DNA of 54,216 nt, filler included, from Streblomastix strix (Eukaryota): NCBI GenBank assembly GCA_008636045.1. It is 3 parts of 3 records of this genome, joined end to end, with 100 filler letters (N's around TTAATTAATTAA, not from the genome) between each part and the next. Parts side by side here need not be neighbours in the genome. Positions count along the whole stretch, not along the records: positions 36,216 to 54,216 come from SNRW01000651.1; 2 more parts are not named here. One strand, 5' to 3'. Each line of letters starts with the position of its first letter. Positions within the stretch are counted from its first letter, which is position 1. This document shows positions 40,968-54,216 of the stretch, in pieces. Below the pieces are notes generated by a model. It ran no database searches. It was not told the DNA's origin and saw nothing but the letters and a program-made list of their open reading frames with translations. Made by a program: the position numbers and the translations under genes.

Positions 40968-43900
40968 ATGACTCAAGCATATGCATTAAAGAATATCGTG
41001 GAAATGGAACTTCAATCGAATATTTCAATAATGGATGTATAATGTAAGTTAAAGATAAGATAAAAGTATATGATGGAAAGAAAGCACACATAAGTCGGTA
41101 TGGCACATCATTAACGCCATAAAGTTAATCAATCCGATAGTGATTTAAGTGACTATTCTGATAAAGAAAATGACCACCTCGTTCGTGCGAGATCTAAAAT
41201 TCCATTCGATGACTTCATGAAAGCGATGGACGGCAATTCGGATGATGACTATTGATTACTCTGCATCTCTTGAACCACAATCTACCGAAGATGATAAATT
41301 AGATGTTTGGTAAACGTTTGGTGATGAAGAAGTATGCAACTCAAACTTAGAACAGCTTCGGCGAACTCGTACTGAGTTATTTGATGATTCAGACGATTAA
41401 ATTTCAACAGAAAATGAAGTTATTGATTTGTCAAGCATGTAGTGCAGAAGGCTGCTTGAAGATGAATTAGAAACTAAAACTGAAAGTTCTGAATCAGATT
41501 CGCTTGCCCCTCAAGATCCTGATGCTTTGGAAATCCTCAATAAGCTAGTTACAAAAGCTAAGAAAAACTAAAAAGATAATATGAAAGCAGAAACACGATT
41601 AATTGCTTCAAGAATAAACTAAAAAGCTAATGGTTATGATCCACTTGTCCCTGAGTTTGACGAAGACTACATTAAAGCATTAAAAGAAAGATCAAAAATA
41701 GATCTATCACCATTAAAGATTGCAACTTCTCCTAAGATTGTTGAAAGTGAGAAAACTCCATAGTATGGAAGCTTAATCAGAAATCTAGTTTCAACATTAA
41801 GCACAAATGTACGTGCAGCTGAACCTATCATTCAAAAAGGAAAACTAGAGACTGCAGAACGCATTTTAGACACTTTCGAGCTGATTGGATATGCAACCTG
41901 TGAGGCGAAGCTGTTAAGAAAATAACATTTGGATTATCGAAACTCAAGATTCAGATAAAATAAATTAGCATATATTATAAATTTTGCATTTTATTATCAA
42001 ATTATCGACTCTACACAAACATGATTTTATCATGATTGGTACATGTTTTATGTAATAGTATATTAATATAAATAAAATAAAATGAAAAATCTATACTCGA
42101 TGTTTATGTTTGCAAACGTCCAATTAAATTTAAAATATTCCAGAGATTGATAAGTTTTGCACAAAATAGAGATATAATCTGTGTCTGTTAAAATCCTAAA
42201 GTAGCTAATCATATTATAATTTTCATAGTTGAAAATCTAATAAAAGAATAAACATAGATTAATAGAGAATATGGTCTTAGAAGAAAAGATTAAAGTATAA
42301 TCATGTCAAATTGTTAATTTAAATGAATTTTTCATAATAAATTAAGTTAAATTTATGATCACTATTAACTAAAAAAATAGTAATGAAATAATAGGAATCT
42401 TAAAATGATTTATAATCTAATAAAGACTAATTAATAAACCATAACTCATAATCTCAATTAATACAGTCAAAACATCTCATTAGTTTAAACTTATAAGGCG
42501 ATCCCAGTTCAATTCATATCAAACCTTGTTCCTGATGGAATATGAGTAAGTATGTAAAGATTTCAAACCGCTATGATGAAGATTATTGCAATTATGATAT
42601 TATAAGAAGGAGAAAGTACTAAAATGATTCATCCAGATGCACTAAATCAACTTCTCTAAAATCGATTATATTCAGAATTCAAAGGTATAATTTAAGAAAT
42701 GAAGATATATCAATAAAAACTTGAAGAAGAAATAAAATAGGACATCATTAAAAGGATATAGAAAAATAAAGCATTATTCTATAATAAATTATTCATCGTT
42801 CTTTGATGATATTAATGGATAAGAAAAATTTAAGATTTTAATCAGATAATAAATTCCTTTAAGAAAATTCATTTTAAAGCGATGGTATTAAAACAGTGAT
42901 TTATCTATCATTGATATACAATTAGGCGAAAATCATATGCATTCATAACGCATACAATCATATACTAGAAACAAAAGAAATTCAAAAATGTCTAGCATTC
43001 GCCTTCAAACACCAAATATATATCTATGTAAGAATGACATTTGGACTAATGTAGGTTCCTTTCATCTTTCATAAACATCTTTAACCAAAAATCTAATTAT
43101 TGAAGAAAGAAATAATTAGAGTAACAGTTTTTTTCGACGATATCATCATATTATGCTAAGAAACAACTCCACTCATTCAGAAAATAATTAGGGTAGTACA
43201 AATCCTGAAGAACATAGAATGGATCGATTGTTCAAACTAAATTCTAATCCCAACATAAGAAATCACAAACATAGGATGAATGATGAACTTTAAAATTAAA
43301 CAAATCTAATTGTTGAAGAAAAAAGAAAAAACATGATTAATAAACTATTAAAATGCAACAGAAGGTTCGCAAGAAGATAAATAATTCGGACACGAGAGCT
43401 TGCAAAGATTATAGGAAAGCTAGTATTCCTTAAACCGCAATTTCCTCGGATTCTGTAACGCATGAAGTTTCTTTATAACATATTAACACTCGCAACAAGA
43501 TAGTAAGGTTGGAGCGGTTATCTAAAGTTAAATCCAAAGCTTAGACGAGACTTGAGTTGGAGTTTATCACTGATTAGGAAGAATATTCCTCAACACTTTC
43601 AGATAATTCCATCTTAAGCAATTCTAACAACAGACGCATCTAGACAAGGATGAGCCGCCACATTTCTGATAAATAATTAAACAACAGAAATTAAGTGCAT
43701 ATCAAAATGAGCAAAAAAGAGTCCTCAAAACTAGTAATTTAATGAGAACAGGCATTAGTGCGATACGATCTGCTCCGATTCGGATATCAATTATAAGAGG
43801 AGAAAATCCATTTTATTCACTTTTGAATGAATAATATTACAAAAAGTTTCAATAACAACAAAAAAATCTTTTCTAAAACCCCCTTATGTTACCAATCATT

Positions 43901-45550
43901 CACTACTTTTATTAGAATGTCTTAAATTCAACTGATTGCAACATACTTTACAGGAAATGAGAACCAAACAACGGATTCATTATCTTTACTGAATAGAGCT
44001 AGAGATCGCCATATCGATTTGACAATAGCAGAAGAAGTACAATAGACAGTGGAATTCACTCCTACAATAAATCTTTTCGCCAATATAAAATAAAACAGAT
44101 TAAATGGTATTGCATAATAAATTTGGATAACTATGCGGTTGCGTGAGATACATTTAGCTTAAATGCTTGAGATTTTAGTGATTTACAAAAAAAGGGAAAT
44201 GATGAGAAGAGTTGTATGTATATGCAACGAAATTAATTGGAACTTCAGATATAGTATTTGAAAACTAAATAAAACAGATGAAAGGATCTTGGAGAATACG
44301 TAAATCTGGTCAATGATAATTAATAAAATTCCTTCAGTTGAACTATAAATCACCTTTTGATCTGGCTGTGATTAAACATATACAAATATTTATTATTAAT
44401 ATGTTAGCTTGATTAAAGATTTAATGATTTTTAATATCTCTTAGACACCCTGAAAATAAAATTTACCACAATTCAGCTTCAATGTCTATGAACAAAGACA
44501 GAAATGACACTGGCAAAAAGATTAATGATAGAGAAACGTACAACATCGATGATCTTCTTTGATACATTCGGCGAAGAGTCGAGTAAATAAATGAAATATG
44601 CATAGATAAAATCGGAAGAAATAATGTTTTCCTAACGATAAAGAGAGCTAATGAAACTGCATTTTGTTCCTTTCATTGGTTTTCACATTAGTAGAATATT
44701 CTGAAATCTAGAAGAAATAATGAACAGAACATTTGACTGGATAAAAGTCGAAATAAACCGGCGTCAGTTGATAAATGTTTTCAATTAGTGATGTAGATAA
44801 TATAAGTTGTAGGTCTTCCATATAAACAGAAAATTTCTGATTTGGGAGTAGTAACAATCACTAAAATGATAAATCTGGGAATTCCAATAACAATAATAAA
44901 AGCATGGTTAATTCATTCCATCACGACAAAAACACTGCAGAAATGTTATTATAGAGATAATTGAAGTGAAATTATAAATAAATTTACTGGTTATGAGTAT
45001 GGATCAGTTGAGTGAAATGTAAATTGATACTGATACCCGCTAAAACTTAATAAAAAGATATTTATAAAAGTTATCTCTCATTTTGTTCCACTTATTCGTT
45101 ATATACAGTAAAAATTTATATTATTCACCACTGTAGTGTTTTATTTTATTGTATAATATGTTGAACTGAGAGACTCAACTAACGACAATGAACAATAATA
45201 CGATCAAGATGAAGATGATATTCTGTTGAAGGCAGTAGAAACAAAGTCAAAAAAGCATAAAGTGAGAAGTTCGAGTACAAAAAACATAATGACCCGAAGC
45301 AAAGGCAAGATATGAACCGCACCTTTGAGTAAAGATGGACTTTCCCTAACTAATTTTTATAGGAGGGTTTTTACCATAAATAATGCAACACAGATAAAAT
45401 AGTAAATTTTACCTATAAATTTTTTGATATTATTACAAAATACGGAAGCTAACCATAGGAATACTAAACCATATCAACAGACACTCATAATACTCTAATA
45501 AACAGTACCTGTTTGTATTAGCTCTGTTGATCCGTACGCAGAATCAAAGA
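40968..45550 (+). mobile_element. DIRS-like tyrosine-recombinase retrotransposon, heavily decayed
   Basis: Domain order is gag-like ORF (40968-41950); RT (CLAFAF..YVRMTFG ~43034, VFFDDII ~43130); RNase H (LTTDASRQG*A ~43630); methyltransferase-like PTINLFA (~44070); recombinase (ETYNIDDLL ~44530, ITKMINLG...AWLIHS...LQKCYY ~44860-44950). Many stops and frameshifts. Confidence 0.88.
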
Positions 45551-46160
45551 CACACACACTTTCACACTAATATTCATCAATTTCAATTCTAATCTTCAAA
45601 TCGTTTTCAATCCTTTATGATTGGAATATTATATTATCATTCTTATAAAGTTCAAAAATTTATGTAAAACTTCTGGATATGAAGAAGAAATTTTAATTGT
45701 TATCATAATTTTATTTTTCTGTTATTTGAGCATTCTACCATACATTTCAATATATTTTAGTGATTTTAATATTGGGTTTATATAAATAGAAGAAATGATC
45801 AGAAAAAATATTCATTGATCAAGAAAAAATCTCTTTTGCTTCAATCTTTCAAAAAACCAAAGCATTTCACAAACTTTCAATACATTCAATATTTCATTTA
45901 ATCAATCATTTATCAAATAAGTCCTACAAACATTATTTTGAAGAATGTCTGATTTAATTCATAAATTTTATTATTTTCAAACACATTATAGGGAAAAATA
46001 AAATCTGAGAATTAATTGAAAGAGTCGATTAAAAAAATATTGTTAATTATGAATTTGAATAAAATGAAATGAAACTAATTATTTTTTATTGCTCAACTGA
46101 TTTTTTAGTAGCCAATCTGAATATCTGATTTTTATCATTAACATTGAATGCATCTTTTCT

Positions 46161-49100
46161 TCAATTCCTAAGAATATTAGTTGCTACTTATGGTACTGCA
46201 AGGATTGCTTCTGCTGTGATCCTGCGAATAGGATCCTGAAATAAAGAAAATAAAATATCAATTTTTTATTAAAATGAATATTATTAACCTTTTCCAACAT
46301 CCTCTTGATCAAGTTTTTCATGTTCTCTGGATAGTTATTTGGAAGTTATGGTGGTTATTCGGTAACAACACGACGAATAAGCTTACCAAGTGAAATACCA
46401 CTTTTTCCATCCTATTATATTCAAAAATAAAAGAAGAATTAAATTGTTATCAAATCATCAAAAATAAAGAATTATGATACCATCGCATCAATGAATGGGT
46501 GCTTCTGGGCCAACAGTTCATACATTATGACCCCAAATGCCCAAATATCAGCTGCGGTTGTTTAGAAACGTTTTCTAATAATATAAAATTATTAAAATAT
46601 TAATTAAAATAATAATTAATATTTGATGTATATAATAATTATTATTAATATTTGAAATTAGTAATTTAATTAATTGAAATACTTTGATAATCCCTTCATT
46701 TTACCACTTCTTTCTTTTTCTTTCTCAATTTCATCTGCATTTTGAGCTTGAATGAGTTCAGGGGAAAGATAAGGACTAAAAATAATATAAAGAATAAAAA
46801 ATTATAATAAAATCTTTGTTTTCAAATTTAAATAATTAATTTATCAAACTTTAATCCTCCAAAGGAAGTTAAATATTCTCTTTCATCTTGTAACTTGTGA
46901 GCCAATCCAAAATCAGCTTATCAATCAAAGTGAACAAATAATGTAAATTATATTTGGATAATAAAATATAATAAATAAAAAGAAATGAAATAATTAACAA
47001 ACAAAGTTTCACTTTTAAGTCATTAGTCAGCAAAATGTTCTCTGGTTTGACATTTCCATGGATAATTCTATTTTAATGAAGCTGACCAATCACAAATGCA
47101 ACTTATGCCAAAATGCTCCATGCAAACTTTTTGAATATATGAATATGAAATAAAATAAATAAGAGAAATTTCTTTCTTTCAAATTATTAATTATCATTTC
47201 ATACTTCTATACTTATCAGTGTTTTTTAACTTTTCAGGTTATTGATAAATTTGCGCAAGTTTCCACCTTAGCAATACTCAAGAATAAGAAAAGCTTTGCT
47301 TTTATCTTCATTAATAAAGAATCCAAGAGGTTAAACTAAATGTAGGAAAGATTATTATTATTATTTAAGGGTTTGAATTATATTCAACATTATGGTTTTT
47401 TCTTTATTAACCATTTCTTTCTCGTCATCTGAATAATAATCCATTTCTTTTTATACAACTTGAAGACCTGTAGATCTTTCAACTGCAAGCCAAACTGTAC
47501 TAAATGACCCTTTTCCCAATCTTTCTTTCCTACCAACTAAAAGAATAAAAAAATGTTTTTATTAAATAATAATAAAAATATTTTCTTTATAAAAATTATT
47601 GAATACAAAATATTAGTATATATAATATAATATAATACAGAATTATTACATACAATCTGATTATTTCCATGATGCATTGAAAGGTACTTCTTCCTATCTG
47701 ATAGTGGTACCAATATCTTATTCTTTTATTTTATCTTTATCCTTGTGATGATCTTTGTGATGATTACTATTTTCTTTATTAACTTTATTGTTACTTAAAG
47801 AATTTTCTTATGTTTTTTCATCATATTTTTTATTTTAAAATTCTTTAGGTTCATCTGGAATTGATTGAGTTATTTATTTTCTTTGAGATTAACTTGAGCT
47901 CGTATGATAATTTAATTTATCTTTATCATGGCTTATGTTAATATCTTTTTGACTTGTAATACTTTTCACTAAGGGAGTAGTATTTTAAATCACAACTTTT
48001 GAAATGTGTTATTTTCCTGTACTACTTTGAATTTATTAACCTTATTTTGGATCAGATTAAGCGTTTGTCCTCAATAATGTAAACCCATCACCAATTGCTG
48101 TATAAAATAGTATATATGCATCAGAACTTGTTGTTGGCTCATCTTCTTCATAAAAACTACTGTCGCTGTGTTTCATCCATTTTCCATTGGCTAATCTTCC
48201 AACACTAATCATTATTATTAATTAAAAGGGAAATGATTAAATAATAAAATATATATTGATATGAAATAAAAGAAATTCAATTTTACTTACCAAGTGTAAT
48301 GCCCACTAGAAATTGATCCTGAATGATAAACAACAGAAGTGAGTATATATTCTTGATATGGAGGAATCAAATGCTCTGCAAATTATTGCAAAAATGGAGA
48401 TGATTCAAAACAGTTTAAAATGTCATTTGGTTAAATAATTATTGGTATATCCACTGGTGTAGTATCTTTCTTAGCTCTACTTTCCATTCCACCAATAAAA
48501 CGATTAATTTCTATAATATACATAAAGAAAAGTCAAATTAAATAATAATAATAATATATAAATAAATATAAAATTAATAAATAATGATATATATTATTTA
48601 AATAATATTTAAAATTAATAATTTAAAAGAATGCTCATACGTAGGATTAAGACTTTCGGCCAATGAGCTAAAAATTTAAATCTAAGTACTTCAGTTGTTT
48701 TATGGCAAAACTCACATTTCAATCCTTCTACATTACTCGTTCTATTATAATTCTAATTGATTTAATATAATAATTTATGAATTTTTAATATTTAATTAAT
48801 ATATATCATACTTTTAACAAGTCCATTATAGAACATTTGACCTTTGGTTTTAAACTGAAGAAGCTGGAACTATCCTATACTATTGGTAGATTGAGAGAAA
48901 GAACATTAAATGGCTGATATGAATGGTGCAAATTATGACAATTCTTGCAATATATTCCTGTAGCACTCAAACCCATAATGGTCCTTGTTACATAACTCCC
49001 ACATAATCTTTTATACTCTTCCCAGACTTTGCTAAATCCTTCACGTGACATTGTCGATGGTGTTGATGGAGCAGAAATAGAAGATTATTTCTATTCTTTT

Positions 49101-50009
49101 TCTTTTTCATTTTTATTTTCTTTATTATCATCTAATAATTTCTAGTGTATGTTTTATTCTTCAATATCAAAAGTGACTTCATGAAGTGAATCAAGAATAG
49201 CAATAAGTGCTTCGTGTGAATCTTGTTATCCATATCCTATTAAATCATTATTTACTTATCCAAGTGATGATTACACTTTTTATGCAATACTTGTTGAAAC
49301 ACATGATTATATTGATTCATCATAATATGAATATGAATATGACGATGAATATTTGGGTTATTCCATATCCTGAGATGTGTGAGAGACTCGAGATAAAGTA
49401 TTGCCATTAATTCGAAGTGAAAGCATCTCTTCAATAACTGCCCGTGCAAGAGCAAACCAGTTAAAATAATCATTTTCTCTTATTTTTGCTCCAATTCCTG
49501 AAATTTTATATGGGAGATTAGTGTTCTATGAGTTTTCAACTTAAAACTATCGAATTATCTTTGGATTCATTTAATATGATTGTTTTTCATCTATCTTAAA
49601 AATGCTATATTATGAATCTTGAGAAGCAAAAGGAGAGTTGAGAAGTTCATTTGTAAATGCAGAACAATAAGTCAATCCTTGTATTGCACTATTCAAATAG
49701 CAAGTATTTCCAATGTTAGGAATTCCAACGTTTGGTTATCTCCAGAAATCAAAACTTTGAATATTTCTTATCGGTTCATGTGCAGATCCTTTAGCTTACT
49801 AGAATGATTGTTTTTAAGATGTTATAGTTGATGATTATGAAGAAGAGGGAATATTTAATTCAAATTTAGGAGAATTAGAATCGTTGTCTTGTGGATTTGA
49901 TTTAGAAGATTGTTCTAGATGAGATAAACAATCAATAAATAGAAATTATAAATAAAGCTTAAAATTTCAACAAACTGCTGCGCTTCCAAAACATTAATGC
50001 TATATTCAT
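46161..50009 (-). CDS. Ubiquitin-specific protease (C19) fused to a C-terminal NEK-like pseudokinase; multi-exon
   Basis: Cys box GIPNIGNTCYLNSAIQGL, GYGQQDSHEAL, His box VVYHSGSISSGHYTC..WMKHSD..AYILFY. An in-frame linker leads to LGKGSFSTVW, LILEYCQGGNL, HGNVKPEN, ADFGLA, YLSPE, DIWAFG, DPIRRITAE..TGA. Confidence 0.9.
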
Positions 50010-50554
50010 TGAAAAAAAATATTGAGAAAAAAATAAATTATTATAAATTGCATATAAAATTTTCACTTTTTTCATGAGCAGCATGCAATTTATCTTCAAA
50101 ATTTTCAAAAGTAATTTAGAGGTTAAAAGAAATGTTTATATCTTATATTTTTAATTTAATTGCTATAAAATAATATTTCGAATAAATTAATTTTTAAACG
50201 ATACAATTATATTAATTATTATTGGTAGAAAGTGAATTTTTTTTTAATTATTACAAATTTGTTATCAGTAGGTATGTAGGTAAGTATAATTATTTAAATA
50301 TGTACAAAAATATAAACTATATTATATTCAATAATATTGTAATAAAAAATCTAATAAATGGTTGCTTACAGCTATACTTTGTAGAGAATAACAAAAAAAT
50401 ACTTTCTTTAACTTATAAAATTGTAATTGAGTCATCAAAATTTAATTAAGTATTTAATTTTATTAAGATATAATTTAAATGATATGCAATATAGATTTTA
50501 ACATCAAAATAGTTGATATAGCAATAAAATTTTTGCCAAGATAAATTCTGTCAC

Positions 50555-52381
<1,827 letters not shown>

Positions 52382-53097
52382 AATATTGTAATTCTATAAA
52401 TAAATTATTAATATACATAAATAAAAGAAAAATTAACAGAATGGCAAAAAAATAATAAAGGAAAAAAATATTAGAAATTAAAAAAGCTTACATAGAGTTG
52501 AATAATGTAAAAAATATGTTAATGCAACATTAATAGGCAATATTAAATAAAAAACATATGTATTAAAAATATTGAATGGTTATTAACTGAGGAATTATAT
52601 ATTTATTAATTAAAACTTAGAATGTCATTAAAATGGAAATTTAAACATATAATTTATTATTTATGGTAAAAATTGTTATATATTAATTTATTGTATGAAA
52701 TTATTGAATAAATAAATACTTATTCTTTATATTAAAGCTAAAAACTGTATTTTCTTTCGAATTTATTTATTTGTTACATTTGTTATTTTATAAGTAAAAT
52801 TATTTATATAAAGTTGTGTATAAACTTTTTATATCTAAAAATATTATAAGGCTACATAGAATAAGTAAGTGACTAAAAAACAAAATGAAAATTTTTTATT
52901 TTAAGCAAATTTTGTTTTTTAATTTAACTTTTTATTGCACATCTTTAGTGAATATTACAAGATTCTAACGTATTTGTTAATTATTTACTATTTTTTTTAA
53001 ATAAATAACTTCAAGATAGGCACAAATTTCCACTTTTAATTTATCAAGCATTTTAAAGCATTATAGTTTGAGAAATATATTGAAGAAGACATGAAAT

Positions 53098-53481
53098 ATG
53101 AATGTTTTGGTAGGTCAGACTCAAGGACTATAATTTTCTCTTCATCAATAAGGTAAATTACTTAACAAAATAATTTGGAATAGAAAATATGAAGAAAATT
53201 TTTGGAAATTAGCTGAAAGAATCAAATCAGTAAAGAATTTGCCGAATATTCAATCCACAACATACAACACTAAAACAGATAGATCATGGAATCACCATCA
53301 AATCAGAAGGAATTCAAACTCTGGATTATCAGTGATAATGACAGATTTTAAACCTTTACTCAATGCATAATAAGAATAATTGTCATATCAAAGGCATGTT
53401 AATGAAGAAGTAGATTCAATTAGAGAAGAAGAAATATAAAAAGTCTAAAATGCTGATTTTGAAAGAGATTCAGACTACTGA
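53098..53481 (+). CDS. Hypothetical protein or fragment
   Basis: MNVLVGQTQGLQFSLHQQGKLLNKIIWNRKYEENFWKLAERIK...DSDY-TGA; no recognised motif. Confidence 0.3.
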
Positions 53482-53947
53482 TTATAAATAATATATTTGG
53501 CATTGATACATTGAATGATAAATTTGAAGATGATGAATAAGAATGATCAAATTTCAATATATAGAAAGAACGACTTTAATTTGAAGTATCTGATCCATTG
53601 AATCTCAATAAAGAATAGTTATTTTTATTAACTGTTTAGCTGTTAAGCTATCATTAGTTCATACACAAGTATTTTATTAACAAAACAGTAGTTACAATAA
53701 TTCAATATAAATTAAGAACTCTGAATATAATTCTTTTTTATTTATTTAATAGTTTTAATTTCAAATCAATTTTAACAATGAAACGTGATGCAATAAATAT
53801 TTATGAAAAAAACGTTAAATGAACAATATTTGAAATGAAAATAAAGAAAAAAATGGTAAATATCTAAAAAATAATGAAGTACAAAAATTTGTCACAAAAT
53901 TACAACAAATTAGAAAAAAGATGTGTTAAATTGCAATTTAAATTCAA

Positions 53948-54214
53948 TCATTAATTATCTTCTCTTTTCCTCTTCTTTTTCTTCATTATTATTAATTCTT
54001 AATCATCCTCATCTTTATATTTATCCAAATCAGATAATGAACTTCTCTCAGGTGAAGTAAGGTTATTGTTAGTATTCCAAGTGTCATATGGATTCACACA
54101 CCATTTTGGGCCAATCTATGAGAAAAGAGTACCATTATTCACAAAGATCTTCTTTGAAGTGTTTCTGATGTGTTGAACAGTCATATTGTGAGCATAACCA
54201 AGTAGATCACTTGA
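53948..54214 (-). CDS. 3' end of a hypothetical protein
   Basis: SSDLLGYAHNMTVQHIRNTSKKIFVNNGTLFSQIGPKWCVNPYDTW...KKKKRKREDNQ-TGA runs off the window edge. Confidence 0.55.
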
Positions 54215-54216
54215 AA

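Noticed and set aside
43640..43660. TGA read as Trp (TDASRQG*A here, ELLP*EG in polB)
   Set aside because: Intact genes such as H2B, CEP44 and the USP fusion end at TGA, and these elements show other decay. TGG>TGA mutation explains it.

Overview
AT-rich eukaryotic DNA made of three unrelated ~18 kb contigs (1-18008, 18109-36115, 36216-54216) joined by artificial 100-bp N/TTAATTAATTAA/N linkers. The DNA uses a non-standard code (TAA/TAG = Gln, TGA = stop) and has short GT-AG introns, so the supplied ORF track is mostly misleading. The code, intron density and gene families suggest an oxymonad such as Streblomastix (inference). Contig 1 holds a giant DDB1/SF3B3/CPSF1-family gene, a degenerate element ORF, a decayed Polinton-type protein-primed DNA polymerase B with an HNH insertion, and a beta-helix surface protein. 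Contig 2 holds histone H2B with a 3' stem-loop, a SPRY-like gene, a beta-tubulin relic, a pseudokinase-helical repeat gene, CEP44, and an RRM gene. Contig 3 holds remnants of a Polinton-like virus structural module (capsid-like, adenovirus pVI-like peptide, fibre-like), two inverted copies of a DIRS-like retrotransposon, a USP-pseudokinase fusion, and a polyQ protein with four PSAP motifs. All translations were done by eye; not every codon or exon boundary was verified.
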